Source: Antedon mediterranea
Lineage: Eukaryota; Animalia; Echinodermata
Assembly: GCF_964355755.1 (NCBI RefSeq)
Contig: NC_092679.1
Coordinates: 10,399,432-10,463,431, forward strand
DNA length: 64,000 bases
Reading direction: 5' to 3'
In this document: one piece after another, positions 22,201-37,200 of the stretch
Numbering within the stretch: the stretch's first letter is position 1
Layout of the letters: each line of letters opens with the position of its first letter
Position numbers and translations under genes: made by a program
The notes under the pieces: generated by a model
Seen by the model: only the letters and a program-made list of their open reading frames with translations
Database searches by the model: none
Told to the model about the DNA's origin: nothing

Positions 22201-25200
22201 GTTCAAAATTGACCAATTATAACAATGTATTATATACATATGTATTATAACCAATTTATTAAAGTTCAATTTGGTCTTTTAATACATTTGTATGGTTATA
22301 TGTATTGTATGGTGTTATTCAGTCGCCTTATAAAACAAATACTTTGCAATTAAAGGTCAAATGTCAATATTGACCAATCAACCAATTTTCATTTAAAACC
22401 AAATAAAAACTAACATTTAGGACAAAATGTTATGTTTTATCATTCTGTTAAGACATCTATCAATCATACACAATCAAAAGAGCACATTTATCATTACACA
22501 AGTTGACATGGGTCAAAGGTCAACATTTGAATAATGATATACTAAATAATGCAAAGTTATTCAAACTATGAGATCGATGTTCATAAATGTAATCACGTTA
22601 TTTGATCAGTGAAGTTATGGTATTTTTATATTTTTTCTAGTGCGCATTATTTTAAATGTATTAATATACTGTAAAATAAATAATGAAATTAATATTATGA
22701 CGATTAAAATGTTATGATGTTAAAATGTTGCGCTGACCTTCAATGATTTGCCACTATACAGTTGCATTTATTAGGGCTACGATATTCGTTTTTGGAAAAT
22801 AAACTACTATTCATCAGAACCAGAGAATAGCATAGCCAAATCCAGGTGACCAAACTCAATCCACAACTCACTACACAGACAGACCACAATTTTTATATAG
22901 TTTGGCCCATACAGGAAAGAGTTTCCTGTATACAAAGGATTCTAAAATAACCTATATGGATTTGCCCGAATGAACCCTCTAAGGACCCTTTTGGGATCTC
23001 TATGTGGTGTGCTACATAAGGCCCTGTATTAGAAATTAGTATGGGGTAAATAATTCATAGATGAACTATGGAATAAAACTAAATGTGCACCCTCAATCTT
23101 TAAATAACATTTATGGATTTGCCCAAATGAACCCAAGGGCCGGTCGTTCTCCATGGATGGACATTAAGCCCCATAATGGAAATATAAATAAGGGGTGACA
23201 CTGTGAGTTCATATAGACAGGCGCGGCCCATGAATTAAGCTGCCTGTGCACTCTCGATCCTTAAGAAAAATTTATGGATTTGCCCAAATTAACCCAAGGG
23301 CCGGTCCTCCATGGACATTAAGCCCCATAATGGAAATATAATGGGTGACACTGTGGGTTTATATAGACAGGCAGAACCATGGAATAAAGCTGCCTGTGCA
23401 CTCTCGATCCTTAAGGAACACTTATGGATTTGCACAAATTAACCCAAGGGCCGATCCTCCATGGATGGACATTAAGCCCCATAATGGACATATAAGGGGT
23501 GACAATGTGGGTTCATAATAGACAGGCGGGGTCCATGGAATAAAGCTGCCTTGCACTCTCGATCCTTAAGGAACACTTATGGATTTGCCCAAATTAACCC
23601 AAGGGCTGGTCATCCATGGACATTAAACCTCATAATGGAAATATTATAAGGGGTGACAATGTGGGTTTATATAGACAGGCACATGGAATAAAGCTGCCTG
23701 TGCACTCTCAATCCTTAAGGAACCGATTTAGATTTTGCCTAAAATGAAACAACAGCAGGTCATCTATTTAGACCCTTCTGTGGTTCTCTATTGTATGTTC
23801 AGTTCTACATTTGGCTCCTGTATCGGATCAATGCATTTGGCTACATAAGTTACTGTGTTAGAAATATATCGGGTAACTAAAACTGTAGGTTCCAATATTA
23901 AGCCATGGGAAAAGCCTGTCTGTGCACCCTCAATCCTTTTAAAAGGAACCCATATGGATTTGCCAAAATGAACCAAGGGTAACTTCTGAATTCTCTATGA
24001 GCCGTACATTCCGTTTATTGGAGATACATGGATACCTGATTGAAATTGCTCAAAAGAAAGACATTGTACTGTATAGTAATAGTATTATTCCCCTTCCACA
24101 CCTCTTTGAATTAAATCCGCCCTGATAGGCTCTTATGTACAGGATTTCAAGGCAATAATCACACTTGTATTTTTCAAACAGTATAATCTATTAGATTGAA
24201 TAAAAATATCTATTATAAACAATTTGCCGTTAGAAATCTCTATGCCATATCGTTATTTAGATGAGAAAAACAGGTCAAAGGTTAAAATTACAGAAAAATA
24301 GGTGTTTCAGTCACTTTTTGAAAAAAATGTTGCATTATGGCAAGTATAAATATATATATTGTGAACAATTTAACACCAAAATTGGCTCCTTACGACAAAT
24401 ATTTATTAATTTATGTTTTTATAACCTTATTCAATTATGTCAAAGGTTAATAACTACACTTCCGGTCATTTTCAAGCAATATCATCTGTTATACTGAATA
24501 TAAATGTATATCTTGGGAACAATTTGCTCCTATTTTTAATTCTCTCCGACCTGCCGTTACTTAGATATAGCAAAAAGAGGTCAAAGGTCAAAATTGCTAA
24601 CAATGGGGTTTCCGGTCAATTTTCCAAAGAAAGTTCTGTTAGAGCTAATATAAACATATACATTGTGAACAATTTGACACCAAAATTATCTCACTACGTC
24701 CAGAATTACCAGAGATATAGCATGTTTTTATATTGGTCAATTTTGAACTTTGACCCTTTATATCTCGAAAACGCTTCCTATCCTGATCGATTACCTTCCA
24801 TATTCGTAATCTACGGAAAATTCTGGTCTAGAAAAGTTGGATGGCAATTTGTCCCCTTTCGGGTGGTGATATCCCCCTCCTGCCACCGGACTATATCCAC
24901 ACAGTAACGAAATATTGTTTTATAAGCCTATCAATAATATACCACTAAACACGGTAAAACATTTACGATTTATAATACTTTTTTAAAACTGTCCCTGTTA
25001 TAGTCGATTGAAATAGAAAAGTACATGTAACGATACACCAGGGAAAAATTTTATTTTAAAATTTTGTTTAGTAATATTGCTAATCAAACTGATTTTTAAG
25101 TTGAGAAACATATTTTTGTATTGTCTTTTTTGCTACAAAATTTTAGAAATGTGTAGCAATAAGGTTGTTTTGTATAGCTTTTTGCTATGCTACACTGGCG

Positions 25201-28200
25201 AAATTATTCCCTGTACACCACTACGACGTTTATATTTTTTATAATTAATTAATACAAACGTTGAGAAGCAACTGTCAGTAATCTACCCACAGTCACAGTA
25301 ATAAATGTTCTTTGTATATTTTGTTTATATATCTAACTATGGAAGGCAATCGCCGCTAAAAATACAAAAGTAAAACAAACAACATACTTTCACAAACGAA
25401 CAACGTACTTTCACAAACGAACAACCTACTTTCACAAACGAACGATCTAAATTAAACCAAAGAACGTACTTTCACAAACGAACAAACTAATGTAAAACCA
25501 AGAACGTACTTTAAAAAACGAACATCCTACTTTTTGCGAACAACATATTTTTTACAAACGGACAACGTACATTGATAAACGAACAACCTGCTTTACCAAA
25601 CGATGTAGATTGCCGAATGAACGAAAGAAGGTTGTTCGTTTGTGAAAGTAGGTTCTTTGTTTTAGTTTATATCGTTCGTTTGTGAAATTACGTTGTTCGT
25701 TTGTGAAAGTACGTTGTTTGTTTTACTTTTGTATTTTTGGCGGCGATTGCCTTCCATATCTAACAGTAATCACAATCACAGTAAGACAGTTTCGATTCAA
25801 ATGGAAACCAAAAATGGTTAATACGTACAGTATTTACAATATTGTCAAAGTATTGCAATACTATATATAAGTTTTATTCTCAAAGGGCCCATAAATTTAC
25901 CTACTTGTGTTAAACCAAGGGCTCATAAATTTACCTACAAACTGTGATTCTGAGAGATTGGAATGTTCCATTCATCGCAAATCAATACATTTGAATAAAC
26001 GTATATTAAATCTATCAAAGTAGTATTTTTAAAAGAAAATCTGCCTGTTTTCAACATTATGATACTGTACTTGAGCTGTTCAACCGGTTTTCAGCTGTTA
26101 AAAACAATTATTGTAGGAGGAGATAGGAAAATGCGAAGTATCCTCGTATTATTGTGTGCAGGTATTTTTCATGAGGACATCCATTAGACAGTGTATACCA
26201 TGATCGAAAAACACCCCTATTTGGGGCAAATCGTTGAACCTAAATTCGTTTTAATTGTCAATAGCTAATTATCTAACTAAATTTAATTAGTAAACAGGGT
26301 TACATCAGGTGGTTAAGATCATTACCGAGATTCTAACCAACTCTCTATACCATCGAGTAAACATTCTAGAAATAACGCGCAATTTACCGAATTTTGCCCT
26401 TGCCTAGATTTATATATAGATACAGTATATTTCAATCTGTTATAGCTCCTCGGCATGAAAAGTGACAAACAAAATTAAAACTTATGGAAGCTGTTGAATG
26501 TAGATTTGAAATCATATAAAAATGTTGTCTATTTTATGTCATGACGTCATCATTATTATTATTTTATAAAGCGTCAATTCAAAGACCGAAGTACAACATT
26601 AATGGCGCTATGCATGTTAGTGGTCAAAAAAAGTTTTGAGCCATTTTTTGTAAAAATAAGGCAACAGAAGAGCAGTGTTTAATTTGTTGAATTAAAAAAG
26701 TAGGATTTTCATTTCTTTAGGTTCCAAAAATTCTTATGAATTTTTATAAATGTTTTATTTTGATGATGTTGTCATGTTAAAAATTGAAATATAAGATAGG
26801 TCTCGCAATTTCTTCTATGTACACTGTATATACTGTAATATATGGGGCATTCCACAGTATCTTTTTATTATGGATGGGACATTTTTGAGAATATAACTAG
26901 ACATGTCTTAGAAATAAAAAAGAATACTGTACAAGATTCAAAGTAAAATAAATGTACACATATATGGCCAATGTTAATTAGTTTATGTCAAGTGAAAATA
27001 TTAAAATTCATAAATATGAAATAATATTTATAAACTTAATTATTCGAAGAGTTATAAAGAGAAGCAATATGTTATCAAACTATTTATTTACACTAATTTA
27101 TTACACAAAACTTCAAGCTATTAACACATTTAAGAAGAACCTTTACAAATTGGCGTTGGCGTCTGAATTTGTTAGTGGATCTAAGTTGCATCTCAAATTT
27201 TCTTCTATCCTTGCTTGGATTTAATATTACTGTAGGCCTACTTCTATTAAATTCAATCTTAACTAGACATGAAACTCGTCAATTTGACGAGTTAGTTATC
27301 TGCCCGACAAACGCCACGTGCATGTCATACATTGAAATATTGCACACAGAAAAAGATTATGACCTGATCTGAAGAATATGATATATTGTTAGTGCTGAAT
27401 GCTGTATGTGTCATATTTACAGTATACATAGTATAATCTGTATGCATATTACATACAGTGTACAACAGGTGAAATTACCTGTCCCGCCATTTATTCCTAT
27501 TTTTAACATGGTGACGGTATCAAAATGAAACACTAATATATCAATTTCGGAAGGAAATTATCTCAGCAACAACATATTAACGTGTAGAAGAAATTTGAAT
27601 ACGTAAAATATAGATGCGCGATCTTTTAAATTTGACGAACTATGACGCAAAAGATCAAAATACAACTTTTTTTTATTCAACTGGCCATATGATGTCACAA
27701 CATCTGATTGGCAAAATGTTCACATGAATTCGTATCTACAATCTTCCAGAAAACGTTTATTCATGATTATCAGTTTTTATTCTGACGAGCTATAACAGAT
27801 TGAAATTTACTGTAAAGATGAAAACAAGTGATCCACGTTATTTACATTTTTAGACATGATGACGTCATAAAAATTAAAATATTTTAAACTTAACGAATAA
27901 GCGAGATGCGCTCTATTGAATGTAATGAGCAATAACGAAACAGACAAAAATCCTATATTTTACATTCGTGTGGCCATACGATGGGTAAACATCCGAGAGG
28001 TAAAGATTCAGCATGAATTCATATCTACAACATATCTGCTTACATATTAATTAAATTGGGGGTCACCGTTGATTCTGAGGAGCTATAATAGATTCAAAAT
28101 AGGCATAATTTTGACAATATTTTGTAACTTTTTCAACTAAAACGCGCGCAAATGGTATAAATCAACGTGTTCGTATGACGTCATTTTAATTGGAAATGAT

Positions 28201-31200
28201 GTCAATCTTTTTGAAAATGACTAGGAAAGGCTGGAAAATCACAATTTAAAAGATAAAAACATGATTTTCGTACTCCGTGCGCATCATACGTGTAAATTTT
28301 TTCGAGCGCGTGGGAATTTTTGACATGCTTAAAATGTCATGATCATGCGTAGAAAGTTAATTTTGCACATTTTAAAACTTTAAATTGTGTGCGCGCGTAA
28401 CTTCTTGTACAACATGCCATTTTTAATCCACAGAAAGTTTGCCCTTGATATGACTTAAATTGTCAAGTGTCAATACAAAATGACTTTTTGTTTATAATCT
28501 ATGACCAATCATTGAAATTCATAAATCATGTTGCGCAACTCTTGACGTCTTTTAAAAATAGGAGGTGCACAACTTCAGGTAAATGTCCATATAACGATAA
28601 AGTTATACAAAATATATATTCACAAGGAATAGGGGATGTGCTGCTCACAAAAATCCGGGAAAGAAAGAAGAAAAGATGAAAAAAAACAACGAAAACAAAT
28701 TTTTTTTTAAATAAAATACTTGATTATGAACAATTGGAGCTTACTGTGAAATAAAAAGTTAACTACAGTACTGTATATTTATGTGGAAAATGTTAACAAG
28801 ATACCGTACATGGTTTTATAAAATGAAAAGGATTTAAATGTCCCGTCCTTAACAAAAATGTCTAACCCGTTCCAACAAAAAATGTCATCAATATATATTT
28901 TAAATATGATATTTTTACCAAAAATTTCCAAATATTTGTTTATAATGTATTGCATATAGTTTTTAAAAGGAGAAAACAAAATATTAAATTGTGGTATTAA
29001 TACTTTTTACTGATGTAAAAAAACACCATAAAACTACAGTACTATTAAAATGTCGCGAATGGGACAATTATGAATTTTAAAATGTATTATATGAAATTTA
29101 ATAAACAAAATGTGTTATAAAATGTTTGACTACAGTATGTACAATAGGATCATAGAGTAACTACATCTGGCAAAAAAATGTTTAAAGATTCATGATTTGT
29201 GAAATAATTATGATTTAAATGATAGGTCCCGTCCGTAACAAAAATGTCCCGTCCGTAACAATATATTTTTTAAATATATTTTCATCAAAATATACAATTT
29301 TCACAAAATGTGTCCATAATATAATGAGATTTACGCCCGTATTCTAAAACCGGACTTTAGTCGTAGTTCGAAGTTCGACTTGAAGAAGTTTTGCGCATTG
29401 ATATCACTTTCCATTTTCTTACAACATAAAAAATTATTTTAATCGTTAATTATTAGAACAAGATCAGTATTAATTTAACAGTGAAGTACTTTTGATTAAC
29501 AACAAACAAAATCTTCAAAATATATTTAAGAACCATGGCGGTACGGTAACTTTCACATTTTCTAGGCCTCCAACAAAGTATGATCGCGATGAACCACGCA
29601 CTTCATAGCGTGACAAGAAAGCGCTAGGCCCCCTAAACATTCCATCGCGTGGTGAATTGCCGCATCTCCCATTGTCGCTATGGCGTGACGTAGTTCAAGT
29701 CGGACTTGCGCGAAGAAAATAATGTAATTTGTATACAGTTGTATATAAAGATGATTTTCATTATTATAACTTTAAATACCAATGTATATTTAATTAAGCT
29801 AATATAAATATTTATATTTCATTCTTCAATATCTGGCCAATATAACATCGTTTAAAAACCATTTAGTCGACCATTTAGCCTGCCCCCTCCAGGACTAAAA
29901 AAATTGATCAAAATCCGTCTCGATTTAGTCGAGGTTGGCCTGATTTAGTCGGTGATTTAGTTGAAGTTCTGTTTATGAATTAAAATGACGTCATTTTTTT
30001 AGTTTTAGCTCGAACTACGACTAAAGTCCGGTTTAAGAATACGGGCGATAGTCCTCAGGAGGAGAAAATGAAATATCAAGATTTATGCATCATGACTTTT
30101 TAAATAAATGTTGAAAATCCACCTAAAACGTCGCGGACAGGACATTTATGAATTTGAAATGCGTATGAAATTTATAAACAACAAAATAATAAATAAATAT
30201 TTAAATTTTAAATAAGTATTTAAATTTTGAATAAATATTTAAATTTTAAATAATTACTTGATTATGTATTATTGAGACATAAAGTAACTATGAATATCTG
30301 TTGATAAAACAGTAATAAGATGCATAGTTTATGAAGTAAATAGGATTAAAAATTTCCCGTCCGTAGCGTAAAATATGATTTTTTTCATATTTAATATAAA
30401 TATCAGACAAATTGTGAAGCAGTAATTTCTTTCTGAAACAAAACATATTTATATACATTTAGTCTAGGACCTGGGTCAGATTTGTATGCATTTAATTTAG
30501 GAGAGAATATCTCAACTGTTATAGGATAATTTGACACCAACGAACAACATGGAATGTGTGCCAAATTTGCTATCCGGGACGAACATGCCCAAAATCGGGT
30601 TCAAAGGTTAAAAATGTGTGGTTCTTATATCTCGAGAACCACTTGTCGTACAGATTTGCTTTTGGTGTCAAATTGTTTAGAATATACATATTTATATTCG
30701 GTCTAACACAACTTTTAGCGAAAAAATGACCGGAAATGCTTTTACTGACCTTTGACCCAAAAATGACCAAAAAAACACATTTTCAGTTTAAATTATTCTT
30801 TAAAATGTCAATGGACAAACTGTATGGTATCAAATGAAAGCATACACAATATGCTACCCATTGCTACCCGACTTCTATTGTACATTTTTATTTATGAAGC
30901 TAATTATATGAAAATGTGCATATTTTGATTAATTTTATACAAAAAATGAATATTTGGTAGTGTAATTGTTATGTTTATTTATATATATTAAATAATTTAA
31001 GTGTTTGGAAAAATGATTTGGTATCAAATGAAAGCCCATAAAATATTCTATCCATTGCTACCCAACTTGTATTCAAAATCAGTAATTATGATACTAATTT
31101 TGTTAAAAATGTGCATATTTTATCACTTTTTTACTAAAATGAGTATATTAAATAGTGTAAATTTATTTTGGTTTATTTATAATATTAAATAATTCAAGAG

Positions 31201-34200
31201 TTCTTTTTGTGTCAAATTGTTTAGAATATACAATGTATTTATATTCTGTCTAACACAACTTTTAGCGAAAAAATGACTGGAAATGCTTTTACTGACCTTT
31301 GACCCAAAAATGACCAAAAAACACATTTTCGGGTTAAATTATTCTTTAAAATGCCAATGGACAAACTGTATGGTATCAAATGAAAGCATACACAATATGC
31401 TACCCATTGCTACCCAAGTTGTATTGACAATTTTTTAATTATGAAGCTAATTGTATGGAAAATGTGCATATTTTCATTATTTTTATACCAAAAATGAATA
31501 TTTGGTAGCGTAATTGTTATGTTTATTTATATAATATTAAATAATTTAAATGTTTGGAAAATGTGCATATTTTATTGATTTAAAATGTAACATATTGGAC
31601 AAAGTAACATCCAATATGAATAATATTTTTAGTTAGGAGAGAATATCTCAACTGTTATAGGATAATTTGATCTAGATTTATATCTAAAAGTGATAAAACA
31701 GTAAATGTTCAAAATGCTTGGTAAATTTACCAAGATCTTCCAAACACTTGAATTATTTAATATTATAAATAAACCAAAATAAATTTACACTATTTAATAT
31801 ACTCATTTTTGTAAAAGATAATAAAATAATATAAAAATAAATAAAATAAAATAAACAAAATTAGCATCATAATTACAGATTTTTAATACAAGTTGGGTAG
31901 CAATGGATAGAATATTTTATGGGCTTTCATTTAATACCAAATAGTTTTTCCAAACACTTAAATTATTTAATATTATATAAATAAACATAACAATTACACC
32001 ACCAAATATTCATTTTTTGTATAAAAATAATCAAAATATGCACATTTTCCATACAATTAGCTTCATAATTAAACATTTTCAATGTAAGTTGGATAGCAAT
32101 AGGTAGCATATTGTGTATGCTTTCATTTGATACCATACAGTTTGTCCATTGGCATTTTAAAGAATAATTTAACCCAAAAATGTGATTTTTGGATCAAACG
32201 TCAGTAAAAGCATTTCAGGTCATTTTTTCGCTAAAAGTTGTGTTAGACCGAATATAAATATGTATATTCTAAACAATTTGACACCAAAAGCAAATCTGTA
32301 TGACAAGTGGTTGTCGAGATATAAGAACACACATTTTTAACCTTTGACTTCGATTTTGGGCATGTTCGCCCGGTTAGTGAATTTGGCACACATTCCATGT
32401 TGTTCGTTGGGGTCAAATTATGTTATAACAGTTGAGATATTCTCTCCTAAATTAAATGCATACAAATCTGACCCAGGTCCTAGACTAATTATTGTATGTA
32501 AGATATTAATGGTTTTATAAAATACTGAAAATACTTTGCGCTGTTTCAAATTTCCTTGGAAAAGAAATCCTTGTGCAATTTAAAATTACACAAATCGTTC
32601 AAATTGCTCATAAAATCAACAAACAAAAATGGTAGAAAGAATAAAGAGGAAGAAAAGATTTTTTACAAACACAATAGGTGATCTGCCAAATGTGGATCAC
32701 CTACTGTAATAAAGAAACAGATTCCTTCAATCACAGTACAAACAGATTCCTTCAATCACAGTACAAACAGATTCCTTCAATCACAGTACAAACATATTCC
32801 TTCAATCACAGTACAAACAGATTCCTTCAATCACAGTACAAACAGATTCCTTCAATCACAGTACAAACAGATTCCTTCAATCACAGTACAAACAGATTCC
32901 TTCAATCACAGTAAAAACAGATTCCTTCAATCACAGTAAAAACAGATTCCTTCAATCACAGTACAAACAGATTCCTTCAATCACAGTACAATAGATTCAC
33001 CTACAGTATAGTAGTACTGATCACCAAAAAGATCATCAAAACTATACGTTCAGAAATAATTAAATATAATAATTGTTTGTTTTATCTGTCTCTAGGCCAG
33101 CCACCAATTGACGATAATGGCAATAGAGTAAGTATCTGACATGGACAATTTTTATTTTAGGTTTGTAATTTATTGAATTGATTATTGTTTAGGCTATCTG
33201 CATTAATGTGCGAATTGATGCTTAAAACCAACTAATAATAAAATTAGGATATCATTACAGCATGATAGTAATTGTTAATTTGATGATTGTAATGTGAATT
33301 TTGACATTAACATTTTTACCTTTCACCCACCGCTGCCCCCACTGCCAATGGGGAGGAGGAGCCGGTTTGATCCTCTCTCAATCCGTCTGGCCTCCACTTC
33401 GTACGGATGTGTGAAGTTTATGAGCCAATAAACGTCATCCATGACGATCCTTAGATTGAAGTCGTCTTCCAGAATTCAAAGTATTCTAAAGTTAAAGTAT
33501 TTTTCCATTCAACTAAATATAACAGAGTGAGATGTTGGAGTGTGATGCAAGATTCGCGAGAAACGACATATTACCCAATTCTCCTTTTTTTAAGACGTGA
33601 TACATTCTAATAAAAAAAATTTTGGTGGACAGTAGTCCTACAATGATTATTATGTGGATGGCGGCGGGTGAAAGGAGAAAATGAAAAATGTTGATAAGAA
33701 TTAGACGAATCCGAAGCCAGCCCCTTTGATACGCTCTTAATTTTTGGAAAGTGAAAGTACTACAGGTATCATCTTTGGTATACGCGAAATGAATTATCAT
33801 TAAATGATTGGTTCTTATACTCTAAGATTATAATCGCGAATGATAGTTCAAAATATGCAATGCATTGTGATATCTACGCAAGTAATGCTGTGAAAAAAAA
33901 GAATGTCCAGAATAAAACCAGAGAACTAGGAGATCATTACGCATCCGATAATCCATCATGATAATAGGTATATTAGAGACTGTAATGTGTTTAAATTATA
34001 TAAAATCCCTTTTTTCCATGATAAAAAATAGAAATAAAATGAATTATAATATTCTGCCTCTTTCATTGAAAAAATGGCAATAACTAACAAACCACATCGG
34101 GTTTCTTTAATAATTATTAATACTTTATTATAACCATCCATACGCAAGTATTACAGGGAGTACAAGTGGGCGTATGACGTCATAACACTGCAAAAGCTTA

Positions 34201-37200
34201 CCAACATTAAGACTGATTCTGTATGAAGATTAATTGACATACCAAAGTATGTTGTACACTACATGATCAATCACTTTTAAGTTGGTTTGATGGGCTTGGT
34301 TTGCTATGCTTTTTTTTAACCTCAATTTAATTACTAGAATCAGACCTATCTTGAATAATAAACAACTTTATATTATATTATTTTATATTTACTCAATTAC
34401 TATAGATTCCAGATGAGTATGATGGTAAATTTATATTGTATGCATATTTTATGAGGGGAATTCAAGGATTCCAAAATTACAGAAAAGTGAGTATGATACA
34501 GTAGTTCTGATCGATTGAACTAATTAAGAGAAAAGAAAAGTGTGTATTTTGCTTGATGAGTTGCTGCAACCAAAATGTTTACATTTCTTGGTGTTTCAAA
34601 TCAAATTACAACATTTTAAATGAGATTGGGGAAAAAATAAATAATAAATTTAGAGGAAAAAAAACACTCCCAGAGTGCATACTTCCACCTATTGTATAAT
34701 TTTCCATTCCATTTCCAAAATTCTACTCCTCTCCCACTATTTACTCTGTTCATTGAGAATAACTTATTAACTTAATATTGGTTTTCTGTATTATTTGTGC
34801 TTGCAGATGATTGTTGAACCATCAGCAGAAAAGCTGCTTCCAGATCCATTAACTGAACCTTACTACCAACCACCTTACACACTTGTCTTAGAAATGACAA
34901 ATGTACTTGTTCATCCAGAATGGACGGTAATTTTACCATTCTTTAACAAAATTCATTTGTATAAACAGTAGAATGTTCAAATATTCCCTATTTTCAACTC
35001 ATAAACATTTGTTTGTTATGTCCCAAGGAATCTAAATTTGATACCATTGCATTCTCTCATCTCATTCTCTTAATCTTTTTAAAAAGTATTCTACAGGTTG
35101 GAGATTCAAAAAAAGGCCTGGTGTGGATTATTTTTTACAACAGGTTGGTCCACCAATCTTTGAAGTAGTAATATACACAAGAGAAATGGCATTTGTAAGT
35201 ACTCACAACTCTTACCAGTTAGGCTGTTATTGTACACAATTTTAAAACTATACTTTTTTTTTATTACAAGGACGAATGTAAAAAATAATAATATAGAAAT
35301 TAAATTTAAATACCTTTGACTGCCAGAGGTTTTTCCAGTTAGAAACTGCCACCGCCAGCGTTTTTAGCACAATTCGATGTTTTTATTAAAGCTGATTGAA
35401 ACTATGTATGTGATCTGATTTTTATGTAATTTAGACTAAAATAATCATCAAGATTTTAGCTTTACAATGGTACCAAGAACGATTTTCAAATCGCAATATG
35501 TAAATCGTAATATTGAAATAAAAGTAACCCACTTTTCGAGTTTTTCGTAGTTTCGCGCAAGAAAGTCGAGATATTCGCGATTTTGTGCAAGACATCACAA
35601 TATGAAAATATCGCCCGGTGAGATCAACAAACAACGAAAAAGTTACTTACACGGCACCGATAGGCCTATAAAAACAAGTTATCACTATCGAAAAATGTAT
35701 TACATTTTATAATCATAAATCTTTCATCAATGTTTCGCCAAAATCCACATAGTAAAGACACCAGGCCTAGTTAACCAGGCCTAAAGTTGGTCCGGAACCG
35801 TTTTACGACTAGGCCTAAGGCTAGCCAAAGTACTACTAGCCTAGCTAGTAAACTGATGATCATATCCATACCATTCTAAACAAGTTTTTTGCGTGAAACT
35901 CGGTCACTTACAGTGAAACACCAAAACAATTAGGGTACTGTATACATACAATAATAAAATTAAAGACTTCATATTGAAAATGACTCCATTATTTTTTATT
36001 CAGATAACAAACAAACATGCCAATCCACAAAAACCTTTGTAATGCTTCGGCGGCATAGCTAGCGCGCGACCGATACACAATGCGCCAAGCCATCGCTCTA
36101 CGCGCTACTGTGATTCGCGGTGTATGTTATTTCGACAGGTACCATTTTGACAGTCGTTCCTAACCAGATTAGTTACCTTCAAATAGTAAAATATTGACGG
36201 TCCAGACCGAATCTAGTGTCCATATTTGTAGTATATACCAATAAAACCTATCTACCGGATTTCGTAAAAAAACGCGAAACACGAAGATCTTCGTGTTTGG
36301 CAGTCAAGCGTTGTGTCCAAACACTTCCAGTCAAAGTTTTCAATCAAAACATATCTCATAATGCAATGCGCTTGTTTGGCTACTCTGTATGCATAATCAT
36401 AAAACTTCCTCGCGATCTGTGTGAAAACACCTTCTCAACCGTGACGAGTTGTAAACAATCTTAATTAGCATCATGCATAATGCATACTCTTGGGAAAACA
36501 ATTCCATTTGACGCACACGCACCCCTCTGATAAGAAATTTCACACGGGACGTCGTGTCGTGTACATACATCATCCACGCACGAAAGATCTAGAAGGATCG
36601 TTGGAAAAACAATTCCTTTTGACGTACACGCACCCTCTGATAAGAAAATACCATGTGCGTTCCTGCATGGTGCAGTCCATTATACGTCTAAAATTAGGGG
36701 TGTCCACTTTTAATAACAAAGTTAAACACGCACCTCAATCCGAAGATCGTTGGAAGTATATTATATTTATATTTTATCGCACCCACCTCAATAATCCAGC
36801 CAACAGATCATCGAAAAATCTTGTTTAACAACGTCGTACACTAAATTAACGAACGCGTTTTTACCGACCTCAAAGAAATGGTATAGTCCACAATACATGT
36901 GCAGAATTAATTCTAAATTAACAGAGAGAGAGGGGTCGGCGTCCGTCCGTGTTTTGAATTTTATATTAAAAAAAAGCTTTAAAAATCGAAACTCGGAAAA
37001 TAACTATAATTTATATTCTACTACATAATGTCATTGGCTTGAATTTTACCGTGGTTGAAACCCTGTGTATGAATAGTTGTACTGTGTATGAATAGTTGTA
37101 CTATGCCTACAAACAAATTGTTTTGGTATCATTTTCTCCGTTAGTATCAGAGTAGTTTAAGTAGGACTAGGCCTAGGCCTAGTAGAGTACTAGCCTACTG

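Noticed and set aside
24437-24907. 156-aa ORF with similar ORFs at 45372, 62764, 30570 and 17042 suggesting a gene family
   Set aside because: All lie in repeated transposon arms; similarity is at DNA level, frames are not conserved and there are no protein motifs.
32714-32991. Possible CRISPR array
   Set aside because: Units are contiguous with no unique spacers, the context is a eukaryotic intron and there are no cas genes.
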